Shown here: positions 1 to 8,530 of the stretch, one piece after another
Numbering within the stretch: position 1 is the first letter of the stretch
Layout: each line of letters starts with the position of its first letter
DNA from: Bifidobacterium longum subsp. longum JCM 1217
GTDB taxonomy: Bacteria; Actinomycetota; Actinomycetes; Actinomycetales; Bifidobacteriaceae
Assembly (NCBI RefSeq): GCF_000196555.1
Contig: NC_015067.1
Span: 990,001-1,022,000 of the forward strand
DNA: 32,000 bases
Direction of reading: 5' to 3'
The notes under the pieces: model-generated
Seen by the model: the letters and a program-made list of their open reading frames with translations, nothing else
Told to the model about the DNA's origin: nothing
The model's database searches: none
Position numbers and translations under genes: made by a program

Positions 1-152
1 TTCCATACGCAAACCTATCGCATCACCGACTGCCCGCATCACTGACTGAAAATACAATGACACACAGTGGGTTCCGATGGACTGGTGGCAAATTGCCGCC
101 GATAAGCGAGTAATATAGCCAACAGTGTCACCGTCGAAACAGGAGTAGTGAA

Positions 153-617
153 ATGCCGAATCGTGCAGAACGCCGTGCCCAAGCCAAAGCAGGCCGCAGG
201 GGAGTGCCGTCGCAGTATGACCAGACCCGTGGCCGTGGCCGTTCGGGAATGATTGACGAATACCAGCTGCAGCAGAAGTCCCAGCGTCTGCAGGACGGCA
301 CCGACGGCACCGAATGGAAGCCCAGCGGCGGTACGATTGCGGACACCGAAACCCTGCTGACCACTAACCCGAACTACACGAATCCGAAGATGTTCAAGGC
401 ACCGCATTCGCTGCGTCAGTGGTTCCGTGTGGGCAGCTGGACGCTGATCGCCATCGCGATTATCGCGTTCTTCGTGGTTATGTGGCTGCCAAGCCATCCG
501 ATGTGGCTGATCATCACCGTTTCCGCGGTGTTCATTGTGGGTGTGCTGAGCCTGTTCTTTACGGCTGGCGATTCCAAGCATAATCCGAATTTGGATCAGA
601 ACGGCACGGCAGTCTGA
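153..617 (+). CDS. small integral membrane protein, function unknown
   Basis: ATG is preceded by AGGAG. The N-terminus is basic. Two hydrophobic helices are present (WTLIAIAIIAFFVVMWL and MWLIITVSAVFIVGVLSLFF). A hairpin terminator follows. Confidence 0.6.
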   Translation: MPNRAERRAQAKAGRRGVPSQYDQTRGRGRSGMIDEYQLQQKSQRLQDGTDGTEWKPSGGTIADTETLLTTNPNYTNPKMFKAPHSLRQWFRVGSWTLIAIAIIAFFVVMWLPSHPMWLIITVSAVFIVGVLSLFFTAGDSKHNPNLDQNGTAV

Positions 618-648
618 TCTTTTGCCCGGTAAATCCGGCTTGAAAAGC

Positions 649-680
649 AAAACGCACGACGGAAGTTGTGCGTTTTCTTG
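649..680 (+). terminator. intrinsic terminator-like hairpin after the membrane protein gene
   Basis: 9-bp stem AAAACGCAC / GTGCGTTTT with a 10-nt loop and a T-rich tail (TTTTCTTG). Confidence 0.5.
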
Positions 681-745
681 TATGCGGTGCCCTAAAGTAA
701 GAAGTGCTTGAGTTTCTTTCTGACGCACGAAGGAGAGGCAGTCCG

Positions 746-1996
746 ATGAAAGTTGATATTCTAACCCGCGAATACCCGCCGCATGTCTATGGTGGGGCCG
801 GTGTACACGCCGAGGAACTGTCCAAGGTGCTTGCCGAGCGCATCGACGTAACCGTTCGTGCGTTTGATGGCAAGCGCACCGAGGCGGACATTCCTGCTAT
901 CCCGAATGCTGCCGATGCTAAGGGCAGCTTGAAGGTCGTCGGCTATGACACGCCTTCTGAGCTGGCTGATGCCAACCCCGCATTGAAGACCTTCGGCGTT
1001 GATTTGCAGATCGCCAATGATGTGGACGCCGACATCATCCACGCGCACACCTGGTATGCCTGCCTGGCGGGCTACATGGCCAAGATGCTGCACGGCACTC
1101 CATTGGTTATTACCGCGCACTCTCTGGAACCGTTCCGCCCGTGGAAGCGTGAGCAGCTCGGCGGCGGCTACAATCTGAGCTCCTGGGCTGAGAAGGATGC
1201 TTACGAGCACGCCGATCGTGTGATCGCCGTGTCCGGTGGCATGCGCAAGGATATTCTGACTGCTTACCCGAACCTCGATCCGAACAAGGTGGTTGTGGTG
1301 TACAACGGCATCACCATGGCCGACTTCGCTACCCCGGCACCAGACGATCCGGGTTGGAAGGTGTTCGAGCGTTACCACATCGACCGTTCGAAGCCCACCC
1401 TGCTGTTCGTGGGCCGTATCACCCGCCAGAAGGGCCTGCCATACCTGCTCAAGGCACTGCACCTGATTTCCAAGGACATTCAGGTGGTGCTGTGCGCCGG
1501 TGCTCCTGACACCCCGGAAATCGCCGAAGAGGTCAAGATCGCGTTCGCCAAGCTGGATGAGGAACGCGGCAACATCGTCTGGATTGAAGAAATGCTGCCG
1601 AAGCCTGAGCTGAATGCTTTGGAACACGGCTGTGATGCCTTCATCTGCCCGAGCATCTACGAGCCGCTGGGCATCGTGAACCTTGAGGCCATGGCCTGCG
1701 GTCTGCCGGTCGTCGCATCCGCCACTGGCGGCATTCCGGAAGTCGTGGTCGACGGCGAAACCGGCTATCTGGTCCCGATCGACCAGCTGCACGACGGCAC
1801 CGGCACCCCCACCGATCCGGACAAGTTTGTGCACGACATGGCCGCCGCCATCGACAAGATCATGGCTGACCCCGAACTCGCCAAGAAGATGGGCCAGGCC
1901 GGCTACGAACGCGCCCGCGACGTGTTCAGCTGGGAGACCATCGCCGACAAGACCGTGGAAGTCTACCAGTCCGTGCTCGACGAGCAGAAGAAGTAA
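746..1996 (+). CDS. GT4-family glycosyltransferase, Corynebacterium-type glycogen synthase-like (GlgA/GlgM-like)
   Basis: N-terminus MKVDILTREYPPHVYGGAGVHAEEL and C-terminal EPLGIVNLEAMACGLPVVASATGGIPEVV are typical of this family. AGGAGAGG lies 8 nt upstream of the ATG at 746. The ORF-track start at 704 has no RBS. Confidence 0.85.
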   Translation: MKVDILTREYPPHVYGGAGVHAEELSKVLAERIDVTVRAFDGKRTEADIPAIPNAADAKGSLKVVGYDTPSELADANPALKTFGVDLQIANDVDADIIHAHTWYACLAGYMAKMLHGTPLVITAHSLEPFRPWKREQLGGGYNLSSWAEKDAYEHADRVIAVSGGMRKDILTAYPNLDPNKVVVVYNGITMADFATPAPDDPGWKVFERYHIDRSKPTLLFVGRITRQKGLPYLLKALHLISKDIQVVLCAGAPDTPEIAEEVKIAFAKLDEERGNIVWIEEMLPKPELNALEHGCDAFICPSIYEPLGIVNLEAMACGLPVVASATGGIPEVVVDGETGYLVPIDQLHDGTGTPTDPDKFVHDMAAAIDKIMADPELAKKMGQAGYERARDVFSWETIADKTVEVYQSVLDEQKK

Positions 1997-2013
1997 GTAG
2001 CGCTGCAACGAGT

Positions 2014-2113
2014 GCTCCCCTCAGTCCGGCTGCGCCGGCCAGCTCCCCTCAGGTACCGGTTTCTTGGCTCTCCTCTCTGAGGGGAGCTGTTACCGCAGGT
2101 GACTGAGGGGAGT
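2014..2113. repeat. REP-like nested inverted-repeat element built from four copies of CTGAGGGGAG/CTCCCCTCAG
   Basis: Outer stem 2015-2026 pairs with 2101-2112. Inner 13-bp stem 2040-2052 pairs with 2077-2089. It is intergenic between the GT4 gene and the ABC ATPase gene. Confidence 0.6.
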
Positions 2114-2147
2114 CGTCAGACCGCGAATCATAGGTAGTATTTCACTC

Positions 2148-2996
2148 ATGACAAACACCGTCCTCCAACTCGACAACGTCGAATTCCGGCGTAACCGTCG
2201 CGTCATTATCACCGACGTGAACCTCACCATCAACGCGGGGGAGCGTTGGGTGCTGTTCGGTCCGAACGGCATCGGCAAATCCACCGCGGTCGGCATGCTG
2301 GCCACCCGCACCTTCCCCTCAGAGGGCCGCGTATTCATCCTCGGCCATCAACTCGGCAAATACGACGTATTCAAACTGCGCACCCGCATCGGTCTCGCCT
2401 CTGCCGACCTGGGCCGGCAGTTCCCCGAGTTCGAGGACCCGCTGGACGCCGTGGTCACCGGCCTGTCCGCCGTGACCGGGCGCTGGCGCGACACCTACAC
2501 GCAAGAGGAATACGCCCGCGCCCGCCAGCTGCTGCGCGATTTTCGCGTCTCCTATCTGGAAGGCAAGGAGATGTGGCGACTGTCCGAAGGCGAACGCACC
2601 CGCGTATTGATCGCCCGTGCGCTGATGGGAGATCCTGAGCTGCTCATCATGGATGAGCCGACCACCGGCCTTGACCTGGGCGGCCGCGAGCAGGTGATGC
2701 GCACATTGAGCCGAATCGGCGAAGAGAACTCCGAGCGTGCCGTGGTGCTGGTCACCCATCGCTTGGAGGAGATTCCGGCCGGTTTCGACCACATCGCCAT
2801 TATGGGACGCAAGCCGATTCCCGCTGAGGACGCCACCGAAGCGGGCGTGGACTCAATGGGTAATCCCGGTGCTGGCACCATCGTCTACACCGGTTCGTTG
2901 GAGAATGGCCTGACCGACGAACGCTTGTCGGAATTGTTCGGTATGCCCATCGAAGTCCAGCACACCCACGGCCGCTGGGCCGCCTACGCCGTGTGA
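2148..2996 (+). CDS. ABC transporter ATP-binding protein
   Basis: Walker A GPNGIGKST, ABC signature LSEGERTRV, Walker B LLIMDEPT. Confidence 0.9.
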   Translation: MTNTVLQLDNVEFRRNRRVIITDVNLTINAGERWVLFGPNGIGKSTAVGMLATRTFPSEGRVFILGHQLGKYDVFKLRTRIGLASADLGRQFPEFEDPLDAVVTGLSAVTGRWRDTYTQEEYARARQLLRDFRVSYLEGKEMWRLSEGERTRVLIARALMGDPELLIMDEPTTGLDLGGREQVMRTLSRIGEENSERAVVLVTHRLEEIPAGFDHIAIMGRKPIPAEDATEAGVDSMGNPGAGTIVYTGSLENGLTDERLSELFGMPIEVQHTHGRWAAYAV

Positions 2997-3027
2997 TGCT
3001 TGTAGGTTTTTAGGCGGGATTTTCTTC

Positions 3028-3070
3028 GCCCCCTCTGGAGAGGGGCTGTCAGCGTAAGCTGACTGGGGGC
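3028..3070. repeat. second, shorter copy of the REP-like GAGGGG..GCTGT..GACTG.GGGG element
   Basis: Hairpin CCCCTC-TGGA-GAGGGG plus hairpin GTCAGC-GTAA-GCTGAC, bracketed by GCCCCC/GGGGGC. The core aligns with 2077-2112. Confidence 0.5.
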
Positions 3071-3090
3071 AACCAGTTACGAAGGCAACC

Positions 3091-3936
3091 ATGACAACCA
3101 ATAGCAAACTCGTATTCATCGATATCGACGGCACCCTAGCCGACGAAAACCACGTCGTACCCGAATCTGCCAAAATCGCTTGCAAACAAGCCCAGGCCAA
3201 CGGCCACAAGCTCTTCATCTGCACCGGGCGTTCCGTGCCGAAAATCGAGCGCAGCATCCTCGACCTCGGTTTCGATGGCGTGGTTTCCGTGGCGGGCGCT
3301 CAGGCGAATATCGGAGACAGGCTGCTGTTCCAGCATCTCGTCCCTCCTGAAGCGGTCGATGCGGCGATGGCGTATTTTGCCAAGCATCATATCGAGAGCT
3401 ACCAATGGCAAGGTGCGGATGGCATGTACATCTCGGAAGGCTACCGTCAACATCTGGAATCGAAAGGCAAGACCTGGAATCGTGGCGAATTCGCGCGATT
3501 CTGGCACCTGTTGGATGAGGTGGAGGTGCCGGCTGGCTCGACTTTGGGACAGACGATTCGTGTGAGCAAGGGGTCATACTTCACCTCGCCGAATCCTGAC
3601 GTGACTTTCGAGGAGACTCAACATGATTTGAGCCCATGGTTTGAGCTCGTGCATGGTTCGTATGACAAGATTTCCCCGAACAATGGCGAGTTGCTGATTA
3701 ATGGCATCGACAAAGGTACCGCTGTGCGCGACGTGGCTTCTTTGCTGGGCTACTCCGTTGCCGACACCATCGCCATCGGAGACTCCGACAACGACACTGC
3801 CATGCTCAAGGCCGCCGGCACATCCGTAGCCATGGGCAACGCCATTCACGGCATCCAAGCCTTCTGTGACTTCACCACCACCGACATTCACGAGGACGGC
3901 CTGGCCAACGCCTTCAAGACGTTGGGACTGGTGTGA
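3091..3936 (+). CDS. HAD-superfamily hydrolase, Cof-type (HAD-IIB) phosphatase
   Basis: Motif I FIDIDGTL, motif IV GDSDNDTAM, and the family-typical length. Confidence 0.9.
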   Translation: MTTNSKLVFIDIDGTLADENHVVPESAKIACKQAQANGHKLFICTGRSVPKIERSILDLGFDGVVSVAGAQANIGDRLLFQHLVPPEAVDAAMAYFAKHHIESYQWQGADGMYISEGYRQHLESKGKTWNRGEFARFWHLLDEVEVPAGSTLGQTIRVSKGSYFTSPNPDVTFEETQHDLSPWFELVHGSYDKISPNNGELLINGIDKGTAVRDVASLLGYSVADTIAIGDSDNDTAMLKAAGTSVAMGNAIHGIQAFCDFTTTDIHEDGLANAFKTLGLV

Positions 3937-4037
3937 GGCTATGTCGTTTGCTCTCAGACGGAGGATCCTTTCGTGCTGTAGTATTGCGACGCGGCACAAC
4001 GTATGCTGCGCCGAGCATAGAGAATTATGAATTCAAA

Positions 4038-4280
4038 ATGGTTTGTTCATCATGCGAAGATAGTGGTCATCTGTCCGTCGCGGTTGCGCAATTTACGGTG
4101 GCGGAGGAGCCGGAACGGAATCTGGAGATCATCGACGGATTCGCGCGTGATGCTGCGGTGGGCGATAGGGAAGCCGATCTCATTACTGCTGAGCTGAGTC
4201 GTGAGTGTCTTGATTCCGCGCGTCGAACATTGCCGGTGTTGCAGAATCGCCGTTTTGCCGATCCGCAGTTGTGTGACTGA
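4038..4280 (+). pseudogene. possible N-terminal relic of a carbon-nitrogen hydrolase (nitrilase superfamily)
   Basis: LSVAVAQFTVAEEPERNLEIIDGFARDAA resembles the start of CN-hydrolases. The ORF ends after about 80 aa, before any Glu-Lys-Cys catalytic region. This is a weak call. Confidence 0.25.
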
Positions 4281-4319
4281 CCTCTAAATAACTTTACTAG
4301 CGCTGTTGATAAGGGTTCT

Positions 4320-4868
4320 ATGATGGGAATCATGACCACTACTGTTGATAGCTCTGATTCAATGCCGGAACGTCTGCAAGAGGGGAGCGCGGCGCCCGAT
4401 TTCACTCTGCCGGCGGTTATACCTGGGTTTACAGAGAGCGGATCAATCAACCTGTCTGACGTGCTTGATGCCGGCCGCAGGGTTGTACTGTACTTCTACC
4501 CGGCCGCGATGACGCCCGGTTGCACCACCGAGGCTTGCGATTTCCGTGACAATCTCGCCCGATTGGCGTCGAAAAACGTTACGGTGCTTGGCGTCTCCAA
4601 GGACTCGCTTGACAAGCTGCGCAAGTTTGCACAGCGTGATCATCTCACGTTCCCGCTGCTGTCTGATCCCGACCTGACCGTGCACAAGCTGTACGGCGCA
4701 TATGGCGAAAAGAAGCTCTACGGCAAGATACACGTAGGCGTGATCCGTTCGACGCTCGTCATCAATCCCGACGGCTCCGTGGTTATCGCTCGTTACAACG
4801 TACGTGCCAAAGGCCATGTCGATTCGCTATTAAAGGCACTGGAAAAGTTGGAGAAGCTGGAGAAGTAG
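4320..4868 (+). CDS. bcp: thioredoxin-dependent thiol peroxidase (bacterioferritin comigratory protein, peroxiredoxin)
   Basis: APDFTLP, YFYPAAMTPGCTTEAC (peroxidatic and resolving Cys) and FPLLSD motifs. The start could instead be 4323 or 4332. Confidence 0.9.
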   Translation: MMGIMTTTVDSSDSMPERLQEGSAAPDFTLPAVIPGFTESGSINLSDVLDAGRRVVLYFYPAAMTPGCTTEACDFRDNLARLASKNVTVLGVSKDSLDKLRKFAQRDHLTFPLLSDPDLTVHKLYGAYGEKKLYGKIHVGVIRSTLVINPDGSVVIARYNVRAKGHVDSLLKALEKLEKLEK

Positions 4869-4955
4869 TGCGTTCTCGTTGTTCGGACACAGTGGTTCGT
4901 GCGGTATGCGCCGTATGAACCACTGCCGTATGAACCGCCGGTTGACTTCTCGGAC

Positions 4956-5780
4956 TCACCGGCAAATAGTGAGACCGTGGGCGCGCAGTACGTCTATGGC
5001 TGGCATGTAATCGAGCGATGTTGCGGTGGGATTGAGCATCAGTTCGCGGATGGCGGCGGATGCTGAGGACTCGCTTGTCTTCGAGGATTCTGCGGCCGGG
5101 AACAGAGCGTCGGCGATTAGGGAGATGATACGGGAACGTGCATCGCCGGCATTGGCATTGTTGCTGCTGTTGCCGGCGTCGGCAGTGGCGGATTTGCCAA
5201 TAATTGTGGAGCTGTTTCGTAGAATCGTATTCAACGCTGCGGCAAGCGGCTCGGGATTGTTCTTTGTCGCTTCGACAATGTCATCGAGCTGATCGAATAA
5301 GGCGAACAGCCATGCACGGCGTTGCCCCTCATCGTTGCCAGCCGCAAGCCTTTCATTGGTGACGCGCACGAGTTCATCAATCGGTACTGCTGGCGTCTTT
5401 GCCGGATCGCGATGCTCGCGGTTGTCTTCGATATCTCCCATCAGATGCTGGATTTTGCACTCGTCCTGCAATACGGTGGTCTCGGCAAATGCGGTGGCGA
5501 TGGCGTCCGCATCGATGAACTTGCCACCCTCGGACTGGAAGCGCACGCGCTTAGGCTCGCTGTAATAATGCGACATGCCGAATGTGATGTACTGCGGCAT
5601 CTCGTCCTGCAATTGCTTGACCGCATCCGCCACTTTGCGCATGTCCGCAAGCTGCTGATGCACCACAATAAAGGCAAGCACTGCTTTGGCGTCGGCGAGA
5701 GTGAGCGGCTGACCGATGCTGGCTCCATGATGGTGCTCATGATGCGCGAACATGTTCTTCAGCGAATCAAACAATCCCAT
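4956..5780 (-). CDS. hypothetical protein with a His-rich N-terminus (AHHEHHHG)
   Basis: AGGAGG lies 6 nt upstream of the ATG at 5780 (MGLFDSLKN...). The longer ORF-track start at 5822 lacks an RBS. I recognise no family. Confidence 0.6.
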   Translation of the reverse strand: MGLFDSLKNMFAHHEHHHGASIGQPLTLADAKAVLAFIVVHQQLADMRKVADAVKQLQDEMPQYITFGMSHYYSEPKRVRFQSEGGKFIDADAIATAFAETTVLQDECKIQHLMGDIEDNREHRDPAKTPAVPIDELVRVTNERLAAGNDEGQRRAWLFALFDQLDDIVEATKNNPEPLAAALNTILRNSSTIIGKSATADAGNSSNNANAGDARSRIISLIADALFPAAESSKTSESSASAAIRELMLNPTATSLDYMPAIDVLRAHGLTICR

Positions 5781-6138
5781 AATGTCCTCCTTCGAACTGG
5801 GCGAATTAGCTGCATCTGCCATTCACACTAGTCCGGAATGTATGAGAATCATCGTGGAACGCCGAGAGCGAATTATTGACGCTGCACGCAGCAACGTGAG
5901 AACTGAACCGACACCAAGAACACGGGGCATACCTGCAGCATGTCGAGCAATGCGATGGCATTGTTTGTTAAGAGCTCGAAAATATCGCACAGGACGTAGA
6001 AGTGCTTGTCCGAATCATGTATGGCAAGAAGGCTCTACAGTTTGCTTGTGAACGACTCCACTGGCTAACTGGTAGAGAAGTAGCGGTTTGGTATACGCAA
6101 ACAGTGCGATCGGCGATGAAGATGACTGTGAGGTTGTC

Positions 6139-6597
6139 ATGTGTATTCCTCAGAACGATGAGCAAGAGCCATGGACTTGGTGCGTAATAGCAAATGTCGT
6201 AGATGAGCATGAGGTTGGTGTTGACCATCATATTGAGCATGGAACGAAGATATTCAGTCCTGGAACAAAAGTGTATGTGTCGACTGAATGGAGGACGAGC
6301 CTAAAGGATGACGGTGGAACATTGTTTGTGATTGGGAAAGCGCGTAAGCAATGGCGAATGGTAGGTATGTTCATTCCACGTAATCGATTGACGAACTTTC
6401 GAGTTGGACGAGTATTCGATCCACGTGTACTGCGGCGTATGGCTAAGGATTGCAGGCAATCAGTGCCAGATCCGTCTGAATGGGGTTGGCGCTGGTGGGG
6501 CAATGATGAGGATGCCCACCAAACAGTCATTAAGAGGGTTGAATACTTCAGTCAAGATGGATTTTCGTTGCCAGAAGCTGGGGCTGAAGATGATTAG
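6139..6597 (+). CDS. hypothetical Trp-rich protein in the AT-rich island
   Basis: GAGG lies 5 nt upstream of the ATG at 6139 (MCIPQNDEQEPWTWC...). No recognisable domain. Confidence 0.4.
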   Translation: MCIPQNDEQEPWTWCVIANVVDEHEVGVDHHIEHGTKIFSPGTKVYVSTEWRTSLKDDGGTLFVIGKARKQWRMVGMFIPRNRLTNFRVGRVFDPRVLRRMAKDCRQSVPDPSEWGWRWWGNDEDAHQTVIKRVEYFSQDGFSLPEAGAEDD

Positions 6598-6637
6598 AAT
6601 CAGGTGAGTAACACGATGCTGAAGAATTCTGATGCGT

Positions 6638-6833
6638 CTAGTCTTTCTTCTTGAGGGACCTTCCACCGCCAACACCGCGACCAGGACGGCTTGCATTCCA
6701 ATCATCTATTGTTCAGGTAGCTAACCTTTAGTAGTGCCATATATACGTCAGGTTCCGGCAGCTTATATACTGATGCGTTCTTGACGCCGAGGCGCTCGCT
6801 AACTTCTTTGGTGCTGAGAAACCTAAGTGCCAT
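6638..6833 (-). pseudogene. decayed excisionase/AlpA-like helix-turn-helix gene
   Basis: Frame A reads MALRFLSTKEVSERLGVKNASVYKLPEPDVY. Frame B reads GTTKG*LPEQ*, where TAG sits where Trp is expected. Frame C reads TIDDWNASRPGRGVGGGRSLKKKD*. GAGAGGAA RBS precedes the ATG at 6833. Confidence 0.55.
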
Positions 6834-7156
6834 TTGAGTTCCTCTCATCTTCGTGGAGATTTCAGTACGTCGGTATATTGAGCATACCTGCATATTAGCG
6901 AGGCAAATCCTCTAGTGAATTGAGATCTTGACTCACTGATAGGCGGTTAGTGAAGCGATTCTGCGGTTAAGCCGAGCTTTTGCTTCGCTGAGCAGTCTCA
7001 GTGAGACAAATCCTCGGGCGGACCGAGGCATTGCTCTACTAAAAGGCCACTTAGCGAGGTTTTTCCTCTACTAACTCTCTGAGTTGCTTCGCTGACGACG
7101 ATTCAGCGGGGGGGTGGTGACGTTTTCTTGGACTGTGATCCGAGGAGGAGACGGCC

Positions 7157-8440
7157 ATGGCGAAGTACACGAGGGAACAGCGGCAACGCGCGGTCGAGTT
7201 GTATGTGAAATACGAGTGCTGCGCGGCGGATGTGATCCGCGAGCTGGGGTATCCCAGCCGGGAGGCGTTGCGCATGTGGCACCGGGACTGGCTCGACGAA
7301 CAGGGGACGGGCGTGTCCTCGCAGCGTGGTGAACGGTATGCGCGCTACACGGAGGAGCAGAAGCGTGCGGCCGTGGACCATTATCTGACGCATGGTCGGC
7401 GTGCGAGCCGCACGATGCGTCAGATGGGGTATCCGAGCAAAGAGGTGCTTGCCTCGTGGATCGACGAGCTCGCGCCGGGCGAACGCCGGATTCGCCGTGG
7501 CCCGGTTCCCGGGGAATTGAAACGGGATGCGGTCCTGAAGGTCGCGTCCGGCGAATTGAGTTCGCGCGAGGCCGCGGAGGCGGTGGGTGTGGATTCGTCG
7601 GTCGTGCGAAACTGGAAGCGTCAACTGCTCGGAGACGCGAAAGGACTCATGGTGGCGAAGAGGGAACCGGAACGCGGGGATTCCTCGCAGCAGGACGATC
7701 CGGACGCGCTGCGCGGCGAGATCGCCACGTTGCGCGCCGACCTCGAGCGTCTGCGCGCCGAACAGCGGGCCATGGAGATCCGGTTGGCGATCATGAAGGG
7801 TGCGGCGGAACTGGTGGGAAAAGAGCCGGGCGCAGACCCGGACAACCTGACAAGCCGAGAGAAGACGACCCTGATCAAGGACATCAGTGAGACGTTGGGC
7901 GTGAACGCGGAGAGCCTGCTGAAGGAGGTCGGCATCGCGCGCAGCACGTACTACTACCAGTTGAAGGCCATGCGCCGGCCGGACAAGAACGCGAACCTCC
8001 TGTCCCTGGTGCGCGAGGCGTTCGGGAGCAGCAGGAGGCGTTACGGGTACAAGCGCATCCACCTCGAGCTCAAAAGCGCGGGCATCATCGTGTCGGCCAA
8101 GCGCATCATGCGCCTGATGACCAGCCACGGCATGGTCCCCGTGCTCAAGAGCGCGAAGCGCTACAGTTCGTACAAGGGCGAGATCGGAGGCGCGCCCGCG
8201 AATCTCGTGAACCGCGACTTCCACGCCACCGCGCCGAACCGGCTGTGGGTCACGGACATCACCGAGTTCTCGATCCCGGCGGGCAAGGTGTACCTGTCGC
8301 CGGTCATCGACTGCCACGACGGCATGCCCGTCGCCTGGACGATCGGCACGAGCCCCAACGCCGCCCTGGCCAACGGCATGCTTCGCGACGCGTGCGCCAC
8401 GCTCAAGCCCGGCGAGACGCCGATCATCCACTCGGATTAA
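7157..8440 (+). pseudogene. IS3-family transposase, N-terminal 427 codons (HTH, leucine-zipper-like region and first part of the DDE domain), truncated by insertion
   Basis: HTH region YTREQRQRAVELYV, then YGYKRIHLELK, RLWVTDITEF (first D), and it ends ...PIIHSD immediately before the element terminal repeat. Confidence 0.85.
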
Positions 8441-8530
8441 GCCGGGTTTGTTGTTAAGCCGGGGAACGGTTCGGGGTCTTGGTGGCTGGCCGTGTCCCAT
8501 GTGGTTTCCCGGCTTAACGTTCCGGGTTAT
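8436..8530. repeat. RIT left terminal inverted repeat (95 bp)
   Basis: Exact reverse complement of 11784-11878. It contains TTAAGCCGGG at 8437 and 8454, and the inverted copy CCCGGCTTAA at 8508. Confidence 0.9.

Noticed and set aside
3933-4037. Upstream extension of the 115-aa ORF, overlapping the end of the HAD gene.
   Set aside because: The extension begins at a non-ATG start inside the HAD stop region and has no RBS. Only the part from the ATG at 4038 shows any family-like sequence.
5825-5832. 8-bp direct repeat ACACTAGT at both presumed island edges (5825-5832 and 21235-21242), a possible att core.
   Set aside because: An 8-mer shared by two roughly 100-bp windows is expected by chance at a non-trivial rate. 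The identity does not extend, and no integrase or tRNA is adjacent.
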